From an uncultured Solibacteraceae bacterium (GTDB lineage: Bacteria > Acidobacteriota > Terriglobia > 20CM-2-55-15): DNA of 64,000 nt. The notes under the pieces are model-generated. The model saw only the letters and a program-made list of their open reading frames with translations, did no database searches and was not told the origin of the DNA. Shown here one piece after another: positions 1-9,283 of this stretch. Both the position numbers and the translations under genes were made by a program. The stretch's first letter is position 1. Each line of letters starts with the position of its first letter. The DNA lies in assembly GCA_964633285.1 (NCBI GenBank), contig CAZWGA010000001.1, positions 126,038 to 190,037 on the forward strand, given 5' to 3'.

Positions 1-541
1 CGGAATGAACGCCATCGTGCTCCGGTTGTCCAACGGGTTTGGTTATCCAATGGATCCATACGTGGATCGCTGGACGCTTCTGTTTAACGACCTTTGCCGG
101 CAGGTTGTCACCAATGGAAAGATTGTTCTGCGCTCGTCCGGGCGCCAGTATCGTGATTTCATCACTCTTACGGATGTTTCCCGAGCGGTCGTCCATTTCT
201 GCGGGGAGAACCTGGATCAGCAGGACGACGGAGTTTTCAATCTCGGTGGAAATTGCACAATGACGATTCTTGATGCGGCGTCTCGGGTCGCTGAGATCTA
301 TACGAAAAACTTTTCTGCGGTTCCCACTCCGGTCGAGGTCAATGCCGCGGCGCAGGATTCGCGCGGCGCCAGGCCGTTCATCTATAGCATCGAAAAAATC
401 CAGGCCACAGGCTTTAATCTGGCTGGAAATATGGATGACGAGATTCTTCGGACGATCCAGTTCTGTCGTGATGCCCGCGAGGGCCGAGTTTTCGGCGAAT
501 CTTCCACTCTCACCTTACCCTCTCCCACAGGGCGTGGGTGA
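1..541 (+). CDS. NAD-dependent sugar epimerase/dehydratase, C-terminal fragment (5' end outside window)
   Basis: ORF is open to the window edge. The translated C-terminal region resembles SDR-family nucleotide-sugar epimerases (the substrate-binding half). It lies directly upstream of a GT2 gene, with a 4-nt gap. Confidence 0.5.
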   Translation, partial: GMNAIVLRLSNGFGYPMDPYVDRWTLLFNDLCRQVVTNGKIVLRSSGRQYRDFITLTDVSRAVVHFCGENLDQQDDGVFNLGGNCTMTILDAASRVAEIYTKNFSAVPTPVEVNAAAQDSRGARPFIYSIEKIQATGFNLAGNMDDEILRTIQFCRDAREGRVFGESSTLTLPSPTGRG

Positions 542-544
542 GTT

Positions 545-1498
545 ATGGTGGACCGCATCGGCACCCCCAGCCTCGTTTCAGTGATCATGCCGACGTACAA
601 TCATGCAGCATACATCGGGCTGGCGATCGAATCCGTTCTGGCACAGACCCATTCCGCTCTGGAACTCATTGTCATCGATAACTGTTCAAGCGACGACACG
701 CCGAATATCGTTGCGCGCCTGGCCTCGAACGATAAGCGGATCCGCTACGAAAAAGTCCAGAATGGGGGCGTCATTGCGAACTCGAGGAATCGCGGGATCG
801 ACATCTCGTCCGGCGAATTCATTGCCTTTCTCGATTCCGACGATCTGTGGACTCCGGACAAATTGAAAATCGCCATCCAAACGATGGGGCGCCTGAACGT
901 CGATTGCGTGTGTTCGAACTCTTTTGTCATCGATTCGTCGGGAAGAATCGTGGGATTCGATCTCCCGCGCAAAATCGGAAGCTCAACGTTTCATCCGGCG
1001 GATCCGTTGCTTCTGCTTAATAACTATCTCGGGTGCTCCACTGTCGTCCTCCGCAGGTCGCTTCTGAGAGATCGCAGGTTCAACGAAGAGCCGCGTAACA
1101 TTACGGCTGAGGATTATCTTTTGTGGCTTACCATCAATCATGATGCCAGCATTTACTATATCGGCACTCCTTTGGTGTACTACCGGGTTCACGATAAGAA
1201 TTCTTCAACAACGATTCTTCGGAAGTCCGGCCTCAAAGATCGAATTCAGTTTATGCACGCCGTTCTGGATCAGATCCAGCTTACGGATTGGTACGACGGG
1301 AAAACAGTCGACCTCGCAAGACGAACTCACGACTTTTTCAGTTTTGTCGCCCGAAGGAAATGGGGACTGGCGTTGCGCAAGAGTGTGGAAGTCCTCATTT
1401 CCGCCGAAGCCTCGGGACGAAAGCTCTTTGTTCAAATCATCGGAACAATGTTGCGAAAACGCATTCTGAATTACGCGTATCGGATGGGACTCGCATGA
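545..1498 (+). CDS. family 2 glycosyltransferase
   Basis: N-terminus VSVIMPTYNHAAYIGLAIESVLAQT...ELIVIDNCSSDDT is the classic GT2 (GT-A) start. A DxD-like FLDSDD motif is present. Confidence 0.85.
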   Translation: MVDRIGTPSLVSVIMPTYNHAAYIGLAIESVLAQTHSALELIVIDNCSSDDTPNIVARLASNDKRIRYEKVQNGGVIANSRNRGIDISSGEFIAFLDSDDLWTPDKLKIAIQTMGRLNVDCVCSNSFVIDSSGRIVGFDLPRKIGSSTFHPADPLLLLNNYLGCSTVVLRRSLLRDRRFNEEPRNITAEDYLLWLTINHDASIYYIGTPLVYYRVHDKNSSTTILRKSGLKDRIQFMHAVLDQIQLTDWYDGKTVDLARRTHDFFSFVARRKWGLALRKSVEVLISAEASGRKLFVQIIGTMLRKRILNYAYRMGLA

Positions 1499-2106
1499 TC
1501 ACCATCGTTGACTATGGAATGGGAAACCTCGGTTCAATCGTGAACATGCTGCGATTTCTGGGAGTGAAGTCGCTGGTGACCTCCGACCCGGCAGAGGTTT
1601 CGAAGGCAGATAAACTCATTCTGCCTGGAGTGGGAGCGTTCGATAAAGCCGTGGAGAACATCAAACAGAAGGACCTGTGGAACGTTCTCAACGATAAGGT
1701 TATCGGTTCCGGCATTCCAACACTGGGCATTTGCCTGGGTATGCAGTTGCTGGCGAAGGCAAGTGAAGAAGGTCAATTGCCCGGCCTCGGCTGGATTGAC
1801 GCTCAAGTTGTTCGATTCAAGTTCGGAGGCGATAGTGGTTTGAAGGTGCCGCACATCGGCTGGAATAATGTCAGGAAAGTTCAGAGCGTGCCTCTCTTCG
1901 AAGCACTCGATGACGATATGAGGTTTTACTTTGTGCATTCCTATCATCTCGTGTGCAACGACCCCGGCCTCGTGACAGGAGAGACCACATACGGATATAA
2001 CTTCTGCGCCATGCTGCACTCCCGCAATATCTCCGGCGTTCAGTTTCATCCGGAGAAGAGCCACAAGTTCGGCATGCAGATCCTGCGCAATTTTTCGCAC
2101 GCCTGA
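1495..2106 (+). CDS. hisH: imidazole glycerol phosphate synthase HisH paralog (glutamine amidotransferase subunit, WbuY-type) of an LPS/EPS acetamidino-sugar pathway
   Basis: ATG at 1495 overlaps the upstream stop (ATGA). MITIVDYGMGNLGSIVNMLRFLG start, catalytic GICLGMQLL Cys motif and C-terminal HPEKS are typical of HisH. It sits next to a HisF paralog and a WbuX-like amidotransferase. Confidence 0.85.
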   Translation: MITIVDYGMGNLGSIVNMLRFLGVKSLVTSDPAEVSKADKLILPGVGAFDKAVENIKQKDLWNVLNDKVIGSGIPTLGICLGMQLLAKASEEGQLPGLGWIDAQVVRFKFGGDSGLKVPHIGWNNVRKVQSVPLFEALDDDMRFYFVHSYHLVCNDPGLVTGETTYGYNFCAMLHSRNISGVQFHPEKSHKFGMQILRNFSHA

Positions 2107-2117
2107 AACGCTGTCCC

Positions 2118-2879
2118 ATGCTTCGTTATCGTGTTATCCCTGTTCTGCTCTTAAGAGATCGAGGTCTCGTCAAGACCGTCCAGTTCAGGAATCCCACCTA
2201 CGTCGGGGATCCCATTAACGCCGTCCGCATTTTCAATACAAAAGAAGTTGATGAACTTGCTCTTCTCGATATCACTGCGACGATGGAAAAGCGGAAGCCG
2301 CACTTCGACCTGATCGGCCAGATCGCAAGCGAATGTTTTATGCCCCTCGCGTACGGCGGCGGACTCAATACACTCGACGACATCAAAACCATCTTTGGGC
2401 TCGGTATCGAGAAAGTTGTGTTGAACACCGCGCTGGTTACTCATCCCGGCCTGGTTCAGGAGGCGGCGACGCTATACGGAAGCCAAAGCATTGTGGCATC
2501 CGTTGACGTGCAGAAGAACTGGTGGGGTACATATGAAGTCAAGACTCGCAGCGCTACTAAAAAGTGCCAGTTCAGTCTGCTCGATTACGTGCGGCGCGTT
2601 CAGGAACTCGGGGCTGGGGAAATACTCGTGAATTCGGTTGATCGTGACGGCACGATGAAAGGGTACGACACCGAGTTACTGAAGGCCGTCAGTTCCGCGG
2701 CATCCGTCCCCGTCATCGGATGTGGTGGTGCTGGAAAGCTTCAGGATCTGCAGGAAGCCGTGCAGAAGACGCGTGTCTCGGCGCTGGCGGCAGGCAGTAT
2801 GTTTGTTTTTCAAGGCGTGCATCGCGCCGTTCTCATTCAGTACCCAACGCAGCAGGAAATCCGTTCCTATCTGGGCTAA
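2118..2879 (+). CDS. hisF: imidazole glycerol phosphate synthase HisF paralog (cyclase/ammonia-channel subunit, WbuZ-type)
   Basis: MLRYRVIPVLLLRDRGLVKTVQF...DELALLDITA and the GCGGAG C-terminal phosphate-binding motif are HisF (beta/alpha) barrel signatures. It forms an operon with the HisH paralog. Confidence 0.85.
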   Translation: MLRYRVIPVLLLRDRGLVKTVQFRNPTYVGDPINAVRIFNTKEVDELALLDITATMEKRKPHFDLIGQIASECFMPLAYGGGLNTLDDIKTIFGLGIEKVVLNTALVTHPGLVQEAATLYGSQSIVASVDVQKNWWGTYEVKTRSATKKCQFSLLDYVRRVQELGAGEILVNSVDRDGTMKGYDTELLKAVSSAASVPVIGCGGAGKLQDLQEAVQKTRVSALAAGSMFVFQGVHRAVLIQYPTQQEIRSYLG

Positions 2880-4006
2880 TGATTCAACAAGTGAAAATCT
2901 GCCGGCGGTGTGTGATGGACACTACCGATCCGGAAATCCGATTTGATGAAAACGGCTACTGCAACAACTGCACGTCTTTCCTGCAAAAGGCTCCTGTCCG
3001 GCTCGTCGATGAAAGCAAACGAGAGGACCTGCTGAAGGCGATGGTGCGGCAAATGAAGAAAGAAGGACGGAGCAGGAAATACGACTGCATCATCGGATTA
3101 AGCGGCGGCACGGACAGCACGTATGTTGCGTATCTCGTAAAGCAGTTGGGCCTTCGGCCGCTGGCGGTGCATCTCGACAACGGCTGGGATTCGGAACTTG
3201 CCGTCAGCAACATCGAGAAGGTCGTCAAGGCGCTGGATTTCGATTTGATTACGCATGTCATCGATTGGCATGAGTTTCGGGAGCTTCAGATTTCGTTTCT
3301 GCGGGCATCCACGTCAGATGTTGAAATTCCCACGGATCTGGCGATCAACGCCGTGTTGTATCACGTCGCACACAGGCAGGGAGTGCCGTATGTCGTGAGC
3401 GGGAGCAACTACAATGACGAAGGTGCCTTCCCGGAATCCTGGGCGTACGGTCATCTCGACTGGAAATACGTGAAAAGGATTCATCGGAAGTTTGGATCGC
3501 GGCGTCTCACAACTTTCCCTCACATGAGTATGGCGGCCCTTCTTTATTACGTGGCCGTGAAGCGAATTCGTGTGATTTCGATTCTGAACTATGTTCCCTT
3601 CAACAAAGCGCAGGTTTCCGAGATCATTCAAAAAGAACTGGGCTGGCGTCCCTACGGTGGAAAGCATTACGAATCCATTTACACGCGATTCATGCAGACG
3701 TATCTGCTGCCGCGAAAATTTAATATCGATGTGAGGAAAGCGTATTACTCCTCTTTGATACTGAGAAACCAGATGACGCGCGAATGCGCTCTTGAAGAGC
3801 TCAACAAACCGGCTGCATCTCAGCAGCAACTTGACGAAGATCATGAGTATTTCCTCAAAAAAATGCAGTTGACTGAAGAAGCCTTTACGGAAATCATGAA
3901 TGCACCCATAAAAACCCATCACGATTACGGGTCGAACTATGCCTTGATCTGCAAGCTGCGATCGATGCTCAATTTCGCGCGGCAGATGGGATGGGCTCCG
4001 AGTTGA
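2879..4006 (+). CDS. wbuX: N-acetyl sugar amidotransferase (WbuX/WbpG/PseA-like, PP-loop ATP pyrophosphatase)
   Basis: Start overlaps the HisF stop (TAATG). The N-terminus carries a CRRC...CNNC zinc ribbon, then a PP-loop IGLSGGTDSTYVAYLV. Adjacency to the hisH/hisF paralogs is the hallmark of acetamidino-sugar formation. Confidence 0.8.
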   Translation: MIQQVKICRRCVMDTTDPEIRFDENGYCNNCTSFLQKAPVRLVDESKREDLLKAMVRQMKKEGRSRKYDCIIGLSGGTDSTYVAYLVKQLGLRPLAVHLDNGWDSELAVSNIEKVVKALDFDLITHVIDWHEFRELQISFLRASTSDVEIPTDLAINAVLYHVAHRQGVPYVVSGSNYNDEGAFPESWAYGHLDWKYVKRIHRKFGSRRLTTFPHMSMAALLYYVAVKRIRVISILNYVPFNKAQVSEIIQKELGWRPYGGKHYESIYTRFMQTYLLPRKFNIDVRKAYYSSLILRNQMTRECALEELNKPAASQQQLDEDHEYFLKKMQLTEEAFTEIMNAPIKTHHDYGSNYALICKLRSMLNFARQMGWAPS

Positions 4007-4013
4007 TTTAGTA

Positions 4014-5876
4014 ATGTGCGGAATATTCGGTTATCTGGGCGACGGTAAAGTCGACTTAAGAGCGGTCACCGACCTGATTTCATACCGCGGCCCGGATTCA
4101 GCGGGCTTTCTCAGATACGACATCTGCAGCGGAAAAAGTGTGTTTGATGAGGAGGCGCTGCTGCCGGCGCAGTGCTATCGGGTTTGCTTCGGATTCCGGC
4201 GACTGTCCATCATTGATCTGTCTTCCCTGGCCAACCAGCCGTTCACGATTCCGAGCGAGGGGTTGTCCGTCGTTTACAACGGCGAGATCTACAACTACAT
4301 CGAACTGAGGCAGGAACTCGAATCGAAAGGATACGAGTTTCGGACTAAATCAGACACCGAAGTGCTGTTGGGTGCCTATCGAGAATGGGGTGAAGCCTGC
4401 ACGACACACTTTAACGGGATGTGGGCGTTCGCCATTCTCGATGAAAAAACAGGAAGAGTTTTCTGTTCGCGGGACCGCTTTGGAGTCAAACCGTTCTTTT
4501 ACCACTTCGATGAAGCATCGCATCGATTCATTTTCGCATCTGAGATCAAGCAGATTCTGAAGTGTGGCGCTCCGAAGCGGCTGAATGAAAGAGTCCTTCG
4601 CGATTTCCTCGAGTCGTCGATTACGGACCACACGACCGAAACGTGGTTTGAGGATATTCACAGTCTTCAACCTGGAAGCAGTATCACTATTGAATTCGGC
4701 CAGACGCCGTCCGATCTGAAATATCGAATCCTCCCTTACTGGAAACTCAAGTGCGACACCGTCTATTCGGGAAGTTATCGAGACGCCGCGCAGGAATTCC
4801 GGGAATTGTTCATCGACGCAATCAAGCTCCGATACCGCAGCGATGTGCCGGTGGGCGTTTGTTTGAGCGGCGGATTGGATTCATCGAGCATTGTATCCGC
4901 ATCAGCCGGAGTATTGGGTGGCGATGTTCGCACGTTTTCATCGGTGTTCGATGAAAAAGAATACGATGAATCCTCCTATGTCGCGGCTCTGCGCGAAAAG
5001 TATCCGCGCGTGCAAAACGCGAAGTTTTCCGTGCGGCCGTCGGATTGTCCGGAGCATATCGACAAGCTCCTTTTTCACCAGGACGAGCCATTCGGAAACC
5101 TCGGCATTCTGGCTCAATGGTCGGTGATGCGGTTGGCGCGAAACAACGGCGTGACCGTTTTGCTGGACGGTCAGGGAGCCGATGAATATCTCGCCGGTTA
5201 TCGCAAATTCTACTTCTTCTTCCTGAAAGATATGCTGCTTCGCGGCCGGTGGGGAACTGCAGCCAGCGGCGCCTACCATCTGGTTGCGAACAATTATCTT
5301 GGCCAGCTTACCGTGGAAGGTGTCCGGCGTTATTCCGGCCGCGCTCGTGTGTGCGACTACCTCACTCCGCGCGCTCACTCGCTTCCGGCAACAGTGAAGA
5401 TTGGCCTGGCCGGCTCGAATACACTGGCGGAGCGAAGCCGGCTCGACCTCGAGCATTACAGTCTGCCGGCGTTGTTGCGGTTTGAAGACCGCAACTCGAT
5501 GGCGTTTTCGATCGAATCCCGGACGCCGTTTCTCGATTACCGGCTCGTGGAATTGGGCTGCACGCTGCCGCCTCAGTACATCATCCGCGGCGGGTATACC
5601 AAATCGGTGCTGCGGGACGGTCTCAATGGCGTCCTGCCGGACGCGGTTCGAAAGAGAACGACAAAACTCGGCTTTGCAACACCGCTGCCGGTCTGGATGG
5701 CGAAGTCGTTGAAACCTTACTTCAGCAGTCAGTTTCAGAAACTCGATAATCCTTACATCGACATGGCGAAGCTCGGCAAGGAGTTTGACAGATACCCCGC
5801 TTCCAGCCTTCATGCCTGGGACTTCTTCAGAGTGTTTTGTTTCTCGCGTTGGTTCCATCTCGCGTTTGTTGATTAA
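4014..5876 (+). CDS. asnB: asparagine synthase (glutamine-hydrolysing) family amidotransferase, EPS-locus type
   Basis: MCGIFGY N-terminal nucleophile Cys2 and an SGGLDSS PP-loop in the C-terminal synthetase domain. Length 620 aa. It is located inside the polysaccharide locus. Confidence 0.85.
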   Translation: MCGIFGYLGDGKVDLRAVTDLISYRGPDSAGFLRYDICSGKSVFDEEALLPAQCYRVCFGFRRLSIIDLSSLANQPFTIPSEGLSVVYNGEIYNYIELRQELESKGYEFRTKSDTEVLLGAYREWGEACTTHFNGMWAFAILDEKTGRVFCSRDRFGVKPFFYHFDEASHRFIFASEIKQILKCGAPKRLNERVLRDFLESSITDHTTETWFEDIHSLQPGSSITIEFGQTPSDLKYRILPYWKLKCDTVYSGSYRDAAQEFRELFIDAIKLRYRSDVPVGVCLSGGLDSSSIVSASAGVLGGDVRTFSSVFDEKEYDESSYVAALREKYPRVQNAKFSVRPSDCPEHIDKLLFHQDEPFGNLGILAQWSVMRLARNNGVTVLLDGQGADEYLAGYRKFYFFFLKDMLLRGRWGTAASGAYHLVANNYLGQLTVEGVRRYSGRARVCDYLTPRAHSLPATVKIGLAGSNTLAERSRLDLEHYSLPALLRFEDRNSMAFSIESRTPFLDYRLVELGCTLPPQYIIRGGYTKSVLRDGLNGVLPDAVRKRTTKLGFATPLPVWMAKSLKPYFSSQFQKLDNPYIDMAKLGKEFDRYPASSLHAWDFFRVFCFSRWFHLAFVD

Positions 5877-5896
5877 CTGTAGCCGCTGCAGACGAA

Positions 5897-6502
5897 ATGT
5901 CACCTTTGCAGGTCCGTCACATGACTTCCAGCGATATCGGGCCTGTGACCAACGTTCACTTTGAAGCATTCCAGGGATACCTCAATACGTCGATGGGCAG
6001 GCATTACGTCCGTCGTTTCTTCGAGTGGTTTGTGAACTATCCTGACGCGATCCGGCTTGTCGCTGTTAAGGACAACGATGTCGCGGGATATGTTGTTGGA
6101 GCGCCCATCGGGTATCAGGCAAAACTCAATCGCGACCTGATGCTGACGGTGGGTTTCGCGATTGCGACGCATCCATGGGTGGTGTTTCGTTCCGGCTGCC
6201 TCCGCATGATTCGCGCAAAACTCGCAGCAGTGATCAGCCGTATTCCCCCCAAAACATCCGATGAATCCGGCCTTGGAATCTCACTCATCGGCATCGGCGT
6301 TTCGACGCGCGCGCGCGGCGCTTCGGTCGCTTCAAACTTGATGCGGGCGTTCGAAAACGAGGCCGTCAGGCGTAATGCGGACTGGTTGAAGCTGTCCGTC
6401 TACAGTTCGAATACTGCAGCACGGCAGCTCTATGAAAAGAACGGCTGGAAGATTACTTCAGAATCCGACGCCACCTTGTATTACTTCAAACCGCTGAGAT
6501 AG
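5897..6502 (+). CDS. GNAT family N-acetyltransferase
   Basis: Acetyl-CoA binding-like segment IGIGVSTRARGASVASNLM and a C-terminal YEKNGWK motif typical of GNAT. Start could alternatively be the ATG at 5921. Confidence 0.6.
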   Translation: MSPLQVRHMTSSDIGPVTNVHFEAFQGYLNTSMGRHYVRRFFEWFVNYPDAIRLVAVKDNDVAGYVVGAPIGYQAKLNRDLMLTVGFAIATHPWVVFRSGCLRMIRAKLAAVISRIPPKTSDESGLGISLIGIGVSTRARGASVASNLMRAFENEAVRRNADWLKLSVYSSNTAARQLYEKNGWKITSESDATLYYFKPLR

Positions 6503-6513
6503 AGCCGATCCGC

Positions 6514-7254
6514 ATGCCGCACGGCGCATCCGAAATGATGGCAATCATCCTTGCCGGTGGCAAGGGCACGCGCCTGAAGCCTTACACGATGACCATTCCC
6601 AAGCCGCTCATGCCTCTTGGGGACATGCCGATCCTCGAAATCATCGTGAGGCAACTGGTCCGTTCCGGCGTCACGCGAATCGTATTGACGCTCGGCCATA
6701 TGGTTCCGTTCTTCACTTCATTCATCGGAGACGGTGAAAGATGGGGCGTGCCGATTGAATATACATTCGAAGAAGAACCCTTGGGTACCGCCGGTTCGCT
6801 GCGGCTTGTAAAGGATCTTGCCGATGATTTCATCGTTATGAATGGCGATGTTTTGACGACGCTTTCTTACGGCGAACTCTTCAAAAGCCACAGGGACCGG
6901 TCGGCGTGGGCGACGCTCGCGATGAATCGCCGTGAGTTGCAGATTGATTTTGGAGTTGTGAAGGCCGATGCCGATGGAGCGCTCGCGGAATACCAGGAGA
7001 AACCTGTTATTCCTTACAACGTCAGCATGGGCATCAATGTGCTTTCGAAGAAAGCCCTGGAGTTCATTCCTGAAGGCAGGAAATTCGATATGCCGGACTT
7101 GATGCTTGCGATTAAGGCTGCCGGAAAACCGGCGATCTGTTACGGCACTGCCTGTTATTGGCAGGATATCGGCCGTTTCGATGATTATCAAAAAGCCGGA
7201 CGCGATTTCGTCGAAGATCCCGACCGATTTCTGTTGATGAAGAACGATAGATGA
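6514..7254 (+). CDS. sugar-phosphate nucleotidyltransferase (RfbF/RmlA-like NTP transferase)
   Basis: MMAIILAGGKGTRLKPYTMTIPKPLMPLGDMPIL is the canonical nucleotidyltransferase G-loop. True start may be the ATG at 6535. Confidence 0.8.
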   Translation: MPHGASEMMAIILAGGKGTRLKPYTMTIPKPLMPLGDMPILEIIVRQLVRSGVTRIVLTLGHMVPFFTSFIGDGERWGVPIEYTFEEEPLGTAGSLRLVKDLADDFIVMNGDVLTTLSYGELFKSHRDRSAWATLAMNRRELQIDFGVVKADADGALAEYQEKPVIPYNVSMGINVLSKKALEFIPEGRKFDMPDLMLAIKAAGKPAICYGTACYWQDIGRFDDYQKAGRDFVEDPDRFLLMKNDR

Positions 7255-8165
7255 AAACGGTTCTGATTACGGGATCTCAGGGTTACTGCGGCCTGCATCT
7301 CGCGAGTCGTTTGAAGATGGAGAATGGTCTGAGGCTGATCGGCGTGGATCGATTGCCGCAGCAATCCGGCACCGTGCTCGATGGTTACTTCAAGGCCGAC
7401 GTTTGCAGCAGCGAACAGATGAGTTCCCTCGTCCGCGAGATCCAGCCGGACTGGGCTTTTCATCTCGCCGGCCAGACTACCGGTGATGGCGTTTATCAAA
7501 CGAATGTTGGCGGGACGCTCAATCTGCTTGAAGCGCTGCGCCTCGAATCTCCCGACTGCAGGATCCTTCTGGTTGGATCTGCGGCGGAATACGGCCGAAT
7601 CGATTCGGCTGCGCTTCCGGTCACCGAAGAGTATTGTTGCAGGCCCTGCGGCCCATACGGGGTAACGAAACACGTCGGTACATTACTGGGCCAGGATTAC
7701 GTCCGGTCAGCGGGATTGAAGATTGTCGTCGCCCGTCCTTTTAATGTTGTAGGGCCCGGAATACCACCTTCGCTGGTGGTTGGCGCGGTTCTCGACCGCC
7801 TCAAGAAAGCGCTCGATCAACCCGACCCGGTTGTGCGCGTAGGGAATGTCCACACCAGAAGAGATTTCATCGCAGTCGAAGATCTCGTAGACGCCTATGT
7901 CCGGATGCTTGGAGGCGAGCATTGGGGACAGGTATTCAATTTATGTTCGGGACGCCCCGAATCCGTTGGATCTATCGTCGAGCGGCTCTTGTCGTTTGCG
8001 CCGTGTCCTGTTCGTCTTGAAGTCGATCCCGCATTCGTTCGTTCGACGGACGTTGAAATCGTTTATGGAAGTTTCGAGAAGGCCAGAAGGGCGTTTGGAT
8101 TCGCTCCGCGCACGGAGTTGGACGCCGCCTTGCGGGGAGCGTGGGATCACGCGATGAGGAATTAA
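7251..8165 (+). CDS. NAD-dependent nucleotide-sugar epimerase/dehydratase (SDR family)
   Basis: MKTVLITGSQGYCGLHLASRL Rossmann GxxGxxG motif and a catalytic YxxxK-like segment PYGVTKH. It overlaps the upstream gene (ATGA). Confidence 0.75.
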   Translation: MKTVLITGSQGYCGLHLASRLKMENGLRLIGVDRLPQQSGTVLDGYFKADVCSSEQMSSLVREIQPDWAFHLAGQTTGDGVYQTNVGGTLNLLEALRLESPDCRILLVGSAAEYGRIDSAALPVTEEYCCRPCGPYGVTKHVGTLLGQDYVRSAGLKIVVARPFNVVGPGIPPSLVVGAVLDRLKKALDQPDPVVRVGNVHTRRDFIAVEDLVDAYVRMLGGEHWGQVFNLCSGRPESVGSIVERLLSFAPCPVRLEVDPAFVRSTDVEIVYGSFEKARRAFGFAPRTELDAALRGAWDHAMRN

Positions 8166-8167
8166 CG

Positions 8168-9283
8168 ATGCGCGTCGCTGTCATGATGCCCCTGGCTTGC
8201 CCCTGGTCCCGCCGTACCGCGCTGCATCTGCTCGATCAGGGTATCGAAGTTCATGTGATCGATTTCGCAAAGGAAGATCACGGAGGATGGCTGGATCCTG
8301 GGAGTCCCTTTTTCGCCGCAAGCGTTCGCGACTTTGTCGATAAAGTTGCGGGCGTTCACTTGCTCAAGTCGCGCTTTACGTCGAAGTGGCGCTACTTAAC
8401 TCTGGCGCCCCAGCTCTCGAAATTGCTCAGCAAGTGCAAGCCCGACGTTCTGCTGCCTCTGTACGGAGGCGGTTACGCTCTGATTTCATACCTCAGCCGG
8501 TTCCGGCCCTATGCCGTGTATGTCGTCGGAAGCGATGTGCTGGCGTTGAGCACTGTCAAACGCGAACTGGCAAAAATGTCGCTGGGCGCCGCGCGAGCAC
8601 TGTTCGTGAACGGGTCGTACCTTTCCAAGAAAACGCATGAACTTGTGCCTGACGCACAAATCATTCCGCTGCTGTTGGGAATTGATACGAACACTTTCCA
8701 GCCGGGATCGCCGCCGCCCTCGCCGTTGCGCATTGTTTGCACGCGGGCATTTCTTCCGATCTATAACAATGGATATTTAATCGAGGCGCTGGCTCATCTG
8801 CCTTCGGACATCCCGGAGTTCAAGGTGACGTTCGTCTCACCCGGACCCTTGCTGGAATCAACGAAAGAGATGGCTTCACGGCTGCTGCCGCCGGCAACGA
8901 GAAATCGCGTCGAGTTTCTCGGCGGTGTGACCACTGAGAGGCTTGTCGAAGAGTTGAAGCGCTCACACATTTACGTTTCTCTATCACGTTCCGACGGAAC
9001 GGCTGGCTCTCTGCTCGAGGCGCTCGCGTGCGGTTTGTATCCCGTGGTTTCCGACATACCTCAAAACCGCGAATGGATTAACGGCGATGACGCCAATGGA
9101 GCGCTTGTCCCTCTCGATCAGCCTGAAGAGTTTTCAGGTCTGCTTGCCGGCGCCATCAAAAGAGGACCCATAGACGAATCCACTCGACAATTCAATCGAA
9201 GGCAGGTCGTCGAACGGGCAGATTGTCGAAATAATATCGGTCTTCTTGCACGCCACCTCGAAACTCTGCGCAGAAACAACTGA
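8168..9283 (+). CDS. family 4 (GT1-fold) glycosyltransferase
   Basis: C-terminal EALACGLYPVVSDIPQNREWI resembles the GT4 E-x7-E donor-binding region. Start is placed at MRVAVMM (ATG 8168) just after the upstream stop. Confidence 0.7.
   Translation: MRVAVMMPLACPWSRRTALHLLDQGIEVHVIDFAKEDHGGWLDPGSPFFAASVRDFVDKVAGVHLLKSRFTSKWRYLTLAPQLSKLLSKCKPDVLLPLYGGGYALISYLSRFRPYAVYVVGSDVLALSTVKRELAKMSLGAARALFVNGSYLSKKTHELVPDAQIIPLLLGIDTNTFQPGSPPPSPLRIVCTRAFLPIYNNGYLIEALAHLPSDIPEFKVTFVSPGPLLESTKEMASRLLPPATRNRVEFLGGVTTERLVEELKRSHIYVSLSRSDGTAGSLLEALACGLYPVVSDIPQNREWINGDDANGALVPLDQPEEFSGLLAGAIKRGPIDESTRQFNRRQVVERADCRNNIGLLARHLETLRRNN

Noticed and set aside
4938..5969. 343-aa minus-strand ORF antisense to asnB. 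Similar long antisense ORFs occur at 13226..14368, 15704..16285, 17221..17859, 20739..21653, 46135..46836 and 54141..55328.
   Set aside because: All lie entirely within, and antisense to, strongly supported conserved genes. They are Arg/Ala/Gly-rich with no family signatures. Long antisense ORFs are expected in high-GC genomes.
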